The notes below the pieces were generated by a model. It saw nothing but the letters and a program-made list of their open reading frames with translations, ran no database searches and had not been told where the DNA came from. Both the position numbers and the translations under genes were made by a program. DNA of 63,720 nt, filler included, from Octopus bimaculoides (taxonomy: Eukaryota), in the NCBI RefSeq assembly GCF_001194135.2. It is 3 parts of 3 records of this genome, joined end to end, with 100 filler letters (N's around TTAATTAATTAA, not from the genome) between each part and the next. Parts side by side here need not be neighbours in the genome. Positions count along the whole stretch, not along the records: positions 1 to 27,616 come from NC_068982.1; 2 more parts are not named here. One strand, given 5' to 3'. Position 1 is the first letter of the stretch. Each line of letters opens with the position of its first letter. Positions 10,631-24,435 of this stretch are shown piece after piece.

Positions 10631-13600
10631 AGAGAACAGAAACAACTTTACCAGGAAGTATAGCCGAAAATATATAGATACACTACCACTCACCTAGAAC
10701 ATCAGAAAGAAGGATATTTCTAAATTTCCACCTTTTGATAGACTTCATCGATTGTGTTATACCAATGTGGACGATATTGTCCACACCATGAGTAGATGTT
10801 TAAAAATGTTCACATTTGTCCACGATAGGAGCTGCTGAGTTTTTTAAATTTTATTATGGTATAACTATTGCAATTAGATGTTGCCTTAGAATACTTCGTC
10901 GGATATTTGTGAATATTCTTTATAAATTTTCACTGAACACATTTTAGTGTAGAGCTGTGATAAACTTTAAACATTACTCTCAAGCCTTAAAGGCCGAGAG
11001 TGGAATCCTCTGGGAGCTTTTCACATAAACCTGACTGCACGTCAAAATTTGTTAAACATTCCAGAGGTTTTCCAGATTAGGTTTCTGGATATATACGTCA
11101 TATGTACACATTTATATTTGCATACGATATACATACGCTTGATAACTAAAGTGATATGCACACCCCCTACAAAGGTGTGATTTTATTCACACTCGCCCAT
11201 ACATAGATACATACATTAACTCATTTACAAATTCAAAACCCCAGGAATTGTCTTGACTTATGTATAAGAAAAGCATTGTAATTTTGTTACTAACTGGCTT
11301 TCGATTCGGCAAAATATAAAAATAAGGTTAAATAATTCTAAAGAAAAAGCAAACACACATACATAGAAACACATTCACATACACAAACATACACACTCCT
11401 ACACACATACTCACTCTTACATGCATACGTACAAATATACATATGCTTCAAGAAGTACACGCTTCTTGATAACTTCCTATACGATTCCAGAATTAGCGTA
11501 CTTCCATAAAAACCTGGAAGAGAAACGCTTTAAATATGTATGAGATTACGAATGAATGTGTTTGTCATGCATTTAAGGATAATGCTAGCATTAACATATA
11601 ATGGTCAGGAGTCTAAGAGAAGTACAACCTTTCTTAGAGTCGAGACTGATACAATCAAAACCCATTTCGAAAGTTATGTTTATGTAATCTCAGGCCAAGA
11701 GATAGCTACAAAATATCTAAAGAACAAAAGAGAGAATGAAGCCCTTAGACTCCACCAGAAATGTGTGTATGAAACATTTGTGTAGACGACATTAACAAGT
11801 ATAAACAACAACTACCCCCCCAAATCATTAAAATACTGTCTCTCGTTGTGACAGTGGGACAAACCTACATAAAACTGCTGTTATATCATAGATATAAGTA
11901 TATCAACATATAAAATATTGACGGAATATTCGCATCAAAATCGCCTGTTCCGTTCAGAAGATGTCATGTATAGTTGTAGAGATGCGAATATTTTTTCCAA
12001 ATCTGAGAAGGATAATATATATAGCTACTTCGAAATATAACTCCACTAACTCACTAACTTTAATTCAGTGTTGTATCGTGACAACGAGCTAGTAGTGTCA
12101 CCTTATAGATATCTTTAGAATGAATCTTATAGCAATGTTTTATATCCTAAGACCTAAATCCATTGTAGCTTCCAATCAAACATAGATTTATTCTAATGAA
12201 AGTCTTAGTTGATAGCATAATAATCACAAGCATTTGAAGAAACCTAAAGAAAGAATAAAATATATGAATAGACACTGCTTCCAAATCCTATTGTTTTAGA
12301 AATCGGGTTAGTAATATTAGTTCAATGATTTCTTATCTATCTTCTTCTAAATGTATCTTTTACAAGGCGGCATTTTTCTACAACTATGCTTCAGCCTTCG
12401 GCGGTTTCAAAAGGAATATTTTATAATTCTCCAGTATACAATTAAGCTATGATTGTCAGAAAAATAGACAAAGAAAATTTAGATGGTTCGCCTCTATTCC
12501 TTAAACATTATTCATAATGAAGTAAGAAATTCACAGCTCTTTTAGAGGAAATTTTGTGGCAAATCATAGCTATAGGCGGCATTGAATTCAATTAAAGCTG
12601 TTCTTTCAATTAAACACACTCATCATCAACAAGACATATATCTATGGGGTTCCAGAATTTTTGTGTGAGAAAATCAAATATTAATCATCATGCATGAAAT
12701 TAAAGCCACCTCAGCAACAAATAGTTGAGAAAAGATATTACATGAATATATTGTTGATGTTAAGTTCACGCATAAATTTTAAAGCTGCAACAAGATTTTG
12801 AAGAACATCAACAAACAGACTTTCACAACACTAGATAGGTTTGAAACCTGAGAGAAATCAAAACGGATTTTACAACCAGGCGGAAAAAGCCTGATAAATA
12901 CAAATCGTACTCCAACGGAACAATGAAATATCAGCTTATAAGAAGAAAGATTAAAGAAAATTTAGCAATTGCAAAATATCAGGAAATATTTGCTTTATAG
13001 ATGCCCATATGCACTAACAACCCATTGGAATATCACTATGACGATATTTATCTCAGAGATTATACTTGTCGTGACATACACTGGGTACTCATCAATCTAA
13101 ATAGACACTCACGCGGTACATATCTGGAATTTAAAATAATTCTGACGCTCTCAAATCAGTTAGATAGACACATATAAGATTCACTTCTTAATGACATGCA
13201 AATTTTCTTCAATCACTTGTTATTGCAAACTTCTACAGAATCCAGACATGACTTGGAATATTCTTTTCTTTCTAAGCCTTGCTCAGAGAGACCGACATGC
13301 GATCAATTACTCACGTTATATACAATTTCTTCAGCTACTTTGCATATCTCTACTCCTTCTGACATTCAAATTGTTTAAAGCCACTTTATATAGAATTGTG
13401 TTAGCCTCACTTAATTTCACCTCCACCTGATACTCTCGCTTTATTAAACCACATTGCACACAAAACGTTCCATGTATTTTGACATTTCAAACGAACTCTT
13501 TACGAAATAGACATTCCCTAAGAACTAAGCAACACTTTAAATCTGACCAAATAGACATTTCAATGTACAGATTGTCTCAAGTTTTACATAACTTAGCTAA

Positions 13601-13751
13601 CGGCAGATTATGCCCCCTTTCATACGATTTCACAGTTTTGCTACTTTAGAGGTACAAACATGCGCGTGCGTGCACCCACCCAGACACACGCACACACACA
13701 TATATACACGTATGTATGGATACGCATGTATGTATGTACGAATATATATCT

Positions 13752-14125
13752 TTTCTTTTTTGATGTGTTTTTGGAGTAAGGCTATGGTCAGGCACCACCT
13801 TGAAGGGTTTAGTCAAACAAATCGATCCCAGTACATTTTTTAAAGTCTAGTACTTATTCTATCGGTTTCTTTTGCCGAACCGTTAGGTTACGGGGGCGTA
13901 AACAGACCGACACCAGTTGTCAAACGGTGTCGGGTAAAGAACACAAATACGAAGACACACACACACACTCACACATACACACAAATATACGAGAGGCTTC
14001 ATTCAGTTTCTGTCTACCAAATTCACTAACAGGCTATAGCATATGACACTTGTTGAAGGTGACACGCAGTGGGACTGAACCCAGAACCATGCAGTTGGGA
14101 AGCAACCACACAGCCACGCCCACGC
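13752..14125 (-). mobile_element. family A tRNA-derived SINE, near full length, diverged
   Basis: Head gcgtggctgtgtggttgcttcccaactgcatggttctgggttcagtcccactgcgtg on the minus strand, CA-rich middle, 3' body. Confidence 0.85.
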
Positions 14126-14522
14126 ACACACACACACACATACACGCACACAAACACACACACAAATTTGTCTGTGTTTCTATGTATCTCTATATGTATG
14201 TATGTATGTAAGTATGTATGTATGTATGTATGTATACATTCCTAGAAAGATATTCTGAGTGCGTGCGAGTGAATATATTTGCTTGTATGTGTGTGTGGCG
14301 GAGTGACTGTGTTTGCACGTTTGTGACAATAGCCATAGCAGTGAACGAAGAAAAACGATAGAAAGGGACCCATCAGTCGAAAGAAGAAAGAAGCCAGTCG
14401 ATATCACTTAGCAACATGAGAAAGACGAAGACGCCGGCAGTAGCTTCGACGGCAAAGAGCATGGCACCAGTTGAATTAGCACCAACTACATTAGCCAAGA
14501 GTAACATTAGGAAAACTGTTAG

Positions 14523-14804
<282 letters not shown>

Positions 14805-16227
14805 CAAACAATAACAGTTTGAATATCAATCATATTTTTTTCCACATTGATGAAAATTGAGATTGTGATTTACTCACTTCGTCGTATTAAACAATAGCGA
14901 AACAAGTCAGGTCAAATGACTGCAATCGGAAATAAAATAATAAGACCAGAGCTCTGCTTTGGCTTCGTGTTGCAATGGCAATTTCACATGAAAACCAGTT
15001 GTAGAACTCTCCTATATGAAAAGGCAATAAATAAATAAATAAATAAATAAAAAATGGAGATAAAAACAGAAACAAAGGAACAAAACAAAAACAGTATGAA
15101 ACAGCAATCATTTTGGCAGTAGTAATAACAGCTTCAGTGATTTTTACCTGCGGCATAAATAACAATAACTACAACCAAAGCAACTGTCATTTCATGCTGA
15201 TGGGGCTAAAATACATTTGACTTTATTTATGATTCTTAAATGGAATTTTATGAAAGCAATTTTATTCAAAGCAGAACAAATAGATTCTATATTGCAAAAT
15301 TATTTCCAGAATATATCTCTTTATCAGTTGGATGAGTTTTATATGATTTATAGTGTTAGTTACAGCAGTAAGTTCTGTTTGAAATAGCTATGGGAATTGA
15401 TATTTTGAAGTACATATGTCCAGCACTCAGCAACTGGTACAATCAATTCGACGGATTCCCCGCCACAGTTTCTACCCACTTAATTTTAAATCCGTCTCGG
15501 GTCAACCCGAAGCCAAGTAGAAAGCATTTATTCAAGGTGTGGTGCAGTAGGATCGAATTCGAACAACACGTGGTCTTAAACGCACTTCGTAACCATCTTC
15601 TTAATGACAAATGCAAGTTAGAAGAGAACGTATTTCCTGGCTAGACATATTGGCAGTTTGCATACACGGAGATTGCTCAACTTTTCACTGAATTTGGGAG
15701 TGGTGAGAACCAGAATTTATACATTATATTCTCTACTATAACTGAGTTACCAAACGACTTCATCCATTATGCAGACAGTTCAATCAAGTTATTAGCAATT
15801 CGATTGATGGTTGCTTAGTTTCAACTGCAGGTCATTTTGCTATATAGATTCGTTATTTAGTTAATGTAAGCTTGAACGCCAGAGAGTTTTGTTATGATTA
15901 TAATTACTCATAAATATTTAAAAGACATTTACATGTTTATTTACTACAGAGGAAATGGGTACTCAATTGATTCATTAAGGATATTTGTATTTCTTTTTAG
16001 GTAGGTTATTGCCGGCTTCGACTGAATAATTGATTCAAAGCTCAGGTAAACATTTCATTATCATTGTCAGCTAGTCAAAAGTCAAAAGAAATAATTATAT
16101 CCAAATTCTTATATCCAACATTGAGTCATTTCATCAATCCATTGATTTAAAAATGTAATTTTATGCCAATTGTGTGAAATAAAAATTAATTACTAGAACA
16201 TTATTCATACAAAGTGACTATCTAAAG

Positions 16228-18324
16228 CAGTGGTTCTCAACCTCTTTCACCTACGGGCTCACTTTTTACGATCAAAGAATCCTAGGCNNNNNNNNNNACC
16301 TGCAAGCAAAAAAAAAAGAAAATCTAAAAATGGAAGAAAAGTATATTTACATTTTTATTTACAAGAAATGAAGAATCAATTTTATGGCTATATTGCAGTT
16401 GATGTTTTTCAGTTAGGTTATCAATTTCAAGTTCAAAAGATTGGTTCAAATTGAGACACAAATCTCCTCTTTCGCAATTTGAAGAACACACCGGTTTTTC
16501 TTTAATTTTTTCTTATTTTTTGTTTTTGTGAATATGTCGCTCACTGCGGAAAATCCAGCTTTAACTAACCAGGATATTGGAAAGCAGAGGAGGAACGGGA
16601 TTGCTTCATGAAAAAGTGTTGGAAATGTTGTCTTGGTAGTATTTTTTTGCCAAATAACTGTATTACCGAGAAGGTTTACGAGTAGGAAGGCAATCTATGT
16701 TTCCAATTAACCTAGGAACGAAAAATCAAATTGAAGCCTGGTTATTGTGAAGGTCGTTGCACTTAAATGATCATAGAACATATAAGTTTGCAAGCGATGC
16801 AAAGTAGAACTACTGAAGTGTTTTGGGAGATTATGGATATTGGCTGCAACATATAGTTGATTTTTAAGCATATTTTATTCACTCTTATTTTCATATATAA
16901 CATATAAACATGCACATCTTTTGGAACATTATCATTTTATAAGATTTTGCAGGCAAATTTTTTAAATTAACATTTATTTACATGAAAGAAAATTTCCGGA
17001 GACATAACACGTGTTGGAAGGAGGTACAGAATACGCACACCATCCGTTTTCGGCGTAACCCTAACTCCTAACTCTAACCCTAACCCTAACCCTGACACCT
17101 AAACTCCGGGTGTACATATTCTTTACCCTCACCCACGTATTGTGCTAAAAATAATAGCTAAATATGTTTTTTTTTTTATAAATCTTTTCAATTAACATAA
17201 ACATTTATTTACATGGAAAAATTTACCGGAAATATAACACGTGTTGTGCTAAAATTAACAGCTAAGTAAGATTTTTTGGATAAATCTTTTAAATTAACAT
17301 AATACGTATTGTGCTAAAAATAACAGCTAGATAAGATTTTTTGGATAAATCTTTTAAATTTACATAAACATTTATTTACCTGAAAGAAAATTACCGGGGA
17401 CATATCACGTGTTTGGTTACCGTTGCAGGTAGGCAGTTGAAATAAATAAATAGACAAAATCCTTTCACTTTTATAAAAAGTATGGAAGACCCTACAAACC
17501 CCAAACAACTATGCCCATTTGCNNNNNNNNNNGAAGACCCTACAAACCCCAAACAACTATGCCCATTTGCGTCCATTTACGCGAGAGCTCTGGGCAAAAT
17601 GTTATAGTGCACGACCATCCATGGGACATAAGTAATGCGTGTGTAAAGTTTGGTGAAAATAGGTTGAGAATTGTGGAAATGTATGCGTTAGTCATTATAC
17701 ACACACATACTGTGATTTATATATACTAGATTAAAGCAGAATACTTACCAAACAAATATTTGTTCGACTGATCCATTAGATAAGAGCTAAAAATATTGAC
17801 TCTGTTTTTGATATCAATAGATACATATTTATATCACTACAAACGTGCTGCATTGGCGATTGTAGCAGATAGGCTCAAACTTGTCATGGGTGCAGCTAGG
17901 AAATACATATAACAGGTGCGCTGTCATAAAGATGCTTGCATTCACGCGAGACCCGCCAATCCACTCCACAATTGATTTGGTCAAACTGCACATCATGTGC
18001 TTACTGTAGTGGTGTAATCTGAGAAAAATATTGAGCCAAGACCAGCGTTGTCAAAGTTGTTACGTTTGTAAGAACTTTGACAAAATTTATGCGTTGTTAC
18101 GTTATTTGTTACGTTTTGGAATTTTATTTGTTACGTTTTGGAATTTTATTTGTTACGTTGGTCAAGGCTACAAATTGAATACTAAAAACAGCTTGTTTCC
18201 AATCCACAAAAATTGCAAGGGCCTCTCAAAATTTTCTCAGGCACTCTTAAAATTTTCCCAGGCCCACTCAAAATTTTCCCAGGCCCACTCAAAATGTTCC
18301 CAGGCCCAAAGTTGAGAACCACGC
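16228..18324. mobile_element. non-autonomous hAT (Charlie-like) DNA transposon with nested insertions
   Basis: TIR cagtggttctcaac / gttgagaaccacgc; 8-bp flanks atctaaag / acctcaag (6/8, resembling the nTCTAGAn preference); 21-bp subterminal repeats aaaattttcccaggcccactc x4 at about 18227-18308; ttgttacgtt repeats at 18058-18160. Confidence 0.8.
17533..17731 (+). mobile_element. Helitron/HINE-like 3' end nested in the hAT element
   Basis: gtgtaaagtttggtgaaaataggttgag...acacacatac...tttatatatactagat resembles non-autonomous rolling-circle element ends. Confidence 0.45.
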
Positions 18325-18461
18325 ACCTCAAGGATTGCCCTACAAGATACATTCTGTAATGCTTAACCTCAGTAATCAGAATCAAAGAAATCCATCACTT
18401 ATATACTGCACTGGTTATTTACCTCTCTATAATATCTATCTATCTATCTATCTATCTATAT

Positions 18462-18660
18462 ACTGGTTTCAAATTTTGGCACAAGACCAGCAAGTTCGAG
18501 AGAGGGAGTAAGTCGATTACGTTGACATCAGTGCTCAACTGGTACTTATTTTATCAAGTCGAAAGGATAAAAGGCAAAGTCGATCTTGGTGGAATTTGAA
18601 CCCAGGACGTAAGGACGGACGAAATGTTGCTAAGTATTTTGCCCGGTGTGCTGGCCGCTT
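18462..18660 (-). mobile_element. family B SINE, tgtgccaaaatttgaaacca tail variant
   Basis: Core and B-box-like region shared with other family B copies. Confidence 0.8.
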
Positions 18661-19824
18661 TTATGCATTTATATAATGCTGAATATACATTTTTGAATTA
18701 TGAACTTCTTGAGCATTTTTCATTTGAAAGGAAAATCAAGCAATAAATTTACATCAGTATGTTACTGGTACAAATATTGGCATTATATAATTGAAGTAAA
18801 TACACTATGAGTTCTGAGTTGTCGTAAAGTAACTTTCTCCTGAAAGAGAGCAAGCAATTAGAAACAATTTCGACTTTCCCCTTCCCTTATATACTTAATT
18901 CACAATAGCAGTTAATTTTACATTACACTATGTCGTAAAAGACATGAGTAAAGACGTATTGATATGAAAATCTGTTTATAATAAAAGCACATTGGGTAAT
19001 ATAGACTTAGATACATTTTCTGAAAATAATGCAGGATGGTCATGAATGGAATGCTTCTAATGCTTTATGAATCAGAGAGATCTGGCGTTGACCGAAAATA
19101 CCAACTGCAATTTATTTCAAAATTAACCAGTCCATAGCGTAAATTTTTTACTGCCTGAGCAAATGTAAAATGCTGATAGATGACTAATCTTCGACTGTTT
19201 ATTCGGTATTCTATAGACTAAATCATTTATCGTTATTTGTCAAGAATGAAGTTTTTCCCAGTTTGTGTCTGAATTTATGTTCAGTTGAGCAGCAACTGGC
19301 ATTTAGCTACGTAATGTAGTCTTGCCGGAATGATTCAGATGAACTGAATTGGAACAATAATAGTGTTTATCATAACTAGAAAAAGTGTCTGCTAACAATG
19401 ATGACGACGACTACAACAATGACGGAATGTTTTTTGTCACCAGCACTTGTTCCGATGACTAATTTGCGTGTAGGGAACAAGATAAGGATTACAGAAAAAA
19501 AGGAAAACAGGCTACTTTTGAATTTAGAAGTGAATGGTGGGAATCAGTAAGAAAACAGTCTTTTTTTATTGTTTATCATTCTTGGGTGAACTTTAAGACA
19601 ACCAAACCGCTCCATAAGTCTGTCTAATTTTCAAATAATTTTTCTCACAGATGTGTTCGAAATAACAATTTTGTCTCATCACAGCATAGCAACTCATCCG
19701 AATATACTAACTGTATTGAATGGTTTTTACCGATGCAAACCACTATGTCTTTGTTCGAGCTTTACTTTATATATTTCTCAGCTTCAAATCAATTTGTATT
19801 ATGGAATAAACGAAAGACGGCGAG

Positions 19825-20030
19825 ATCATACAGTCGTTACGCGTAGAACAAAGTGCTTGGCCGCATTGCTCTCGACATTTTACATTCTGTGTTCAAATGC
19901 TACCGAGGTCGACTTTCCATTTCATCTTATCTGGGCTGATTAAATTAGGTACCTGTTAATTATTGCGCTCGGTTACATTCGACTAGCCGCCTCACATAAA
20001 ATTCAGGCCTTGTGCCTAAAGTAGACAGTT
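19825..20030 (+). mobile_element. diverged family B SINE
   Basis: gttcaaatgctaccgaggtcgactttccatttcatc...aaattcaggccttgtgcctaaagtaga. Confidence 0.7.
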
Positions 20031-20522
20031 TTATTAGATAGCAAAAAAGAAAAAAAAAAGTTTAAAGACTTTTTTCGATTAAAACCACAAATTTGTTTTA
20101 GAATTTCTGCTCCTCGATTGACAGTTAATTTAGATTGAGTGAATCTAGCAGTGATATGAACACAAATGTTTATATTAGCATTTTAAATTTTGTGAAGTTT
20201 TTCAAAGACTGGGTTGCAACTGACCAATTCGATTAATCTACGATGTGACGAACTACAGCCTCTCTTCGGCAGCCGGTTATATCCATCAGCATGTGGCTTA
20301 ACTATATGTCGTCTGTTCCCTCGAATTGGGAAAAACATCTTTCCGCAGCAAACATCATGTTTCGTTCATGTCAACTACTGGCTGGTTTTCCAGCGTTTCT
20401 TTAGAGACACTTTCTCCTAAATTCTCAAGAGTTGGTCTTCACTGTATCCGTTTTGGAACATGTATTCGATTTGGAAGCGAAACAAAAAAACTGTTTCTAT
20501 ACATCGCAAATACATGCATGAT

Positions 20523-20567
<45 letters not shown>

Positions 20568-21519
20568 NNNNNNNNNNNNNNNNNNNNNNNNNNNNNNNNN
20601 NNNNNNNNNNNNNNNNNNNNNNNNNNNNNNNNNNNNNNNNNNNNNNNNNNNNNNNNNNNNNNNNNNNNNNNNNNNNNNNNNNNNNNNNNNNNNNNNNNNN
20701 NNNNNNNNNNNNNNNNNNNNNNNNNNNNNNNNNNNNNNNNNNNNNNNNNNNNNNNNNNNNNNNNNNNNNNNNNNNNNNNNNNNNNNNNNNNNNNNNNNNN
20801 NNNNNNNNNNNNNNNNNNNNNNNNNNNNNNNNNNNNNNNNNNNNNNNNNNNNNNNNNNNNNNNNNNNNNNNNNNNNNNNNNNNNNNNNNNNNNNNNNNNN
20901 NNNNNNNNNNNNNNNNNNNNNNNNNNNNNNNNNNNNNNNNNNNNNNNNNNNNNNNNNNNNNNNNNNNNNNNNNNNNNNNNNNNNNNNNNNNNNNNNNNNN
21001 NNNNNNNNNNNNNNNNNNNNNNNNNNNNNNNNNNNNNNNNNNNNNNNNNNNNNNNNNNNNNNNNNNNNNNNNNNNNNNNNNNNNNNNNNNNNNNNNNNNN
21101 NNNNNNNNNNNNNNNNNNNNNNNNNNNNNNNNNNNNNNNNNNNNNNNNNNNNNNNNNNNNNNNNNNNNNNNNNNNNNNNNNNNNNNNNNNNNNNNNNNNN
21201 NNNNNNNNNNNNNNNNNNNNNNNNNNNNNNNNNNNNNNNNNNNNNNNNNNNNNNNNNNNNNNNNNNNNNNNNNNNNNNNNNNNNNNNNNNNNNNNNNNNN
21301 NNNNNNNNNNNNNNNNNNNNNNNNNNNNNNNNNNNNNNNNNNNNNNNNNNNNNNNNNNNNNNNNNNNNNNNNNNNNNNNNNNNNNNNNNNNNNNNNNNNN
21401 NNNNNNNNNNNNNNNNNNNNNNNNNNNNNNNNNNNNNNNNNNNNNNNNNNNNNNNNNNNNNNNNNNNNNNNNNNNNNNNNNNNNNNNNATATATATATAT
21501 ATATATATACACATATATA

Positions 21520-21968
21520 TATTCTTTTATTCCTTTACTTGTTTCAGTCATTTTGACTGTGGCCATGCTGGAGCACCGCCTTTTAGTCGAAGAAATCGGC
21601 CCCTGGACTTATTCTTTGTAAGCCTGGTATTTATTCTATCGGTTTTCTTTTGCCCAACGGCTAAGTTACGGGGACGTAAACACATCAACATCGGTTATAA
21701 ATTGATGGTGGAGGTCTAACACAGATACAGACACACAAATATATACATACAGATACACACACACACACACTCTCATACATACACACAGGCGCGCGCGCAG
21801 ACACAGACATATATACGATGGACTTCTTTCAGTTTCTGTCTACCAAATTCACTCACAAGTCTTTGGTCGGCCCGAGCCTACAGTAGAAGACACTTGCTGA
21901 AGGTGCCACGCTGTAGGACTGAACCCGGTACCATGTGGTTGTAAGCAAGCTTCTTACCTCACAACCAT
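21520..21968 (-). mobile_element. family A tRNA-derived SINE, full length
   Basis: tRNA-like head, caccttcagcaagtgtcttct motif, CA microsatellite middle, gcggtgctccagcatggccacagtc 3' end. Confidence 0.88.
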
Positions 21969-21969
21969 G

Positions 21970-22596
21970 CGACTTAGGTATTAGAAAACACCTACATTGT
22001 TAGAAATAAGAGCGAAACCACTCTAATGCTGTGCTAACGCAGACGAAGGAAAACATATATCACATAACATATAACATATAACAAGGACCATAGTGGTCCG
22101 AAAAGTGACGATCAAGAATTCTTAACATTAGACGCGTCAGTTTCGGCAATTTACGTTGCTTTATTAGTTAAGACAGCTCGACGTCGGCTCTTTCCGGACT
22201 CACTTCGCCTTTAGTATCTATGTTTTTGTCATCCAAATAACTGGGTGATTTAGTGATTCGCTAACGTGTATATATTCAATTAATACAAACAGAAGTTTGC
22301 AATGTTTCACCAAAAAGAAAACTTACAAGTGTCACTAAATGCGACTAGGGTGTTAGGAAACAACTACATTGCTAGAAATAAGAGCTAAACCGATCGGCAC
22401 TTTTCGTACGAATATGGTCCCTGTTAGTGTATATATTTTCATTCATGTGCGTTAACTACAGCATTAGATAGGTTTAACTCTTATTTCTAGCATTTTAGGT
22501 ATTTCCTAATAGGCTAGTTGCATTTAGTGACACTTGTAATTCTCCTTTTTGGAGAAACATTGCAAACTGATGCTTATATTAATTTTATATATACAC
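21970..22596. mobile_element. complex inverted-repeat element containing a decayed hammerhead (possible Penelope pseudo-LTR inversion)
   Basis: 22268-22391 is inverted against 22470-22595; 21975-22115 is inverted against 22390-22520; decayed core ctaataa-agcaacgtaaattgcc-gaaac-tgacgc-gtc on the minus strand at 22131-22167. Confidence 0.55.
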
Positions 22597-22624
22597 ATTA
22601 GCAAACACATATATACATGTATAT

Positions 22625-22994
22625 ACTCTTTTACACTTTTACATGTTTCAGTCATTTGACTGCAGCCATGCTAGAGCACCGCCTTTAGTCGAGCAAATCG
22701 ACCCCAGGACTTATTCTTTGTAAGCCCAGTACTTATTCTATCGGTCCCTTTTGCTGAACCGCTAAGTAACTGGGACGTAAACACACCAGCATCGGTTGTC
22801 AAGCGATGTTGGGGCGAGACAAACATAGACACGCAAACACATACACACACATACATACATATATATACATATATACGACGGGCTTTTTTCAGTTTCCGTC
22901 TACCGAATCCAGTCACAAGGCTTTGGTCGGCCCGAGGCTATAGCAGAAAATACTTGCCCAAGGTGCCACGCAGTGGGACCTAACCTGGAACCAT
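22625..22994 (-). mobile_element. family A SINE, head runs into gap
   Basis: High similarity to 41788-42175. Confidence 0.88.
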
Positions 22995-24404
22995 NNNNNN
23001 NNNNNNNNNNNNNNNNNNNNNNNNNNNNNNNNNNNNNNNNNNNNNNNNNNNNNNNNNNNNNNNNNNNNNNNNNNNNNNNNNNNNNNNNNNNNNNNNNNNN
23101 NNNNNNNNNNNNNNNNNNNNNNNNNNNNNNNNNNNNNNNNNNNNNNNNNNNNNNNNNNNNNNNNNNNNNNNNNNNNNNNNNNNNNNNNNNNNNNNNNNNN
23201 NNNNNNNNNNNNNNNNNNNNNNNNNNNNNNNNNNNNNNNNNNNNNNNNNNNNNNNNNNNNNNNNNNNNNNNNNNNNNNNNNNNNNNNNNNNNNNNNNNNN
23301 NNNNNNNNNNNNNNNNNNNNNNNNNNNNNNNNNNNNNNNNNNNNNNNNNNNNNNNNNNNNNNNNNNNNNNNNNNNNNNNNNNNNNNNNNNNNNNNNNNNN
23401 NNNNNNNNNNNNNNNNNNNNNNNNNNNNNNNNNNNNNNNNNNNNNNNNNNNNNNNNNNNNNNNNNNNNNNNNNNNNNNNNNNNNNNNNNNNNNNNNNNNN
23501 NNNNNNNNNNNNNNNNNNNNNNNNNNNNNNNNNNNNNNNNNNNNNNNNNNNNNNNNNNNNNNNNNNNNNNNNNNNNNNNNNNNNNNNNNNNNNNNNNNNN
23601 NNNNNNNNNNNNNNNNNNNNNNNNNNNNNNNNNNNNNNNNNNNNNNNNNNNNNNNNNNNNNNNNNNNNNNNNNNNNNNNNNNNNNNNNNNNNNNNNNNNN
23701 NNNNNNNNATATATATATATATATATATATAGCTGTGTATTTAAATATCTACGAAATATTTTGGTAAAATAAGTATTGTAACTGTTACCAAAGTAACAAA
23801 ATTCTCACTTGAAATGTTGTTTATACTTTGTTTAAATATAATGACTTTCCTATAGGTGATGCAATTTTGGGTGCATATCAGTTGAAATAAGAGCCATGAC
23901 GCAATCCTATATATTAAAACCCTATTTTATGTTTACTAATTGTAGTTATAATTTGTACTTATAAAGTGTGTATTATTTAGTACATTACGCATATTCCTTC
24001 CAAACACTGCTATAAAGAGCGAGTATAGGCTAGAACGTTAAAGCTTTACACCAATGGCAGTGGAAAGTGCGGTATTTGTGATATGGAAGGATGGCTCATC
24101 TGGAAAAGCAGCTTAGACCCCGCTACATGTCTAAATTCATGAACTGAACTTTTTGGATCATGTCCACATATGGCAAACATTTGGGAAATTTATGTGGGTG
24201 TACATGCATGTGTTTCACGTGAGTGTGAGTGAGCATATGTATATATATATCTAACATGTGCGTTTTTAGACGTGTATTTGAATATAATTATGCGTGTATG
24301 GGTATGTGCTCGTGTGTGTGTGTGTGGGGGATATGTATATGCATACATCGTGTGTGTGTGTGTGTGTGTGTGCGGGTATGTACATGTGTATGGTTGTATG
24401 TATG

Positions 24405-24435
<31 letters not shown>

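Noticed and set aside
17485-17570. Exact ~38-bp direct repeat flanking a 10-N gap
   Set aside because: Typical unmerged contig overlap.
20326-21719. ORFs of 365-431 aa (also other X-filled ORFs at 3, 9.5, 23, 33 and 45 kb)
   Set aside because: They consist of N gaps plus (TA)n flanks.
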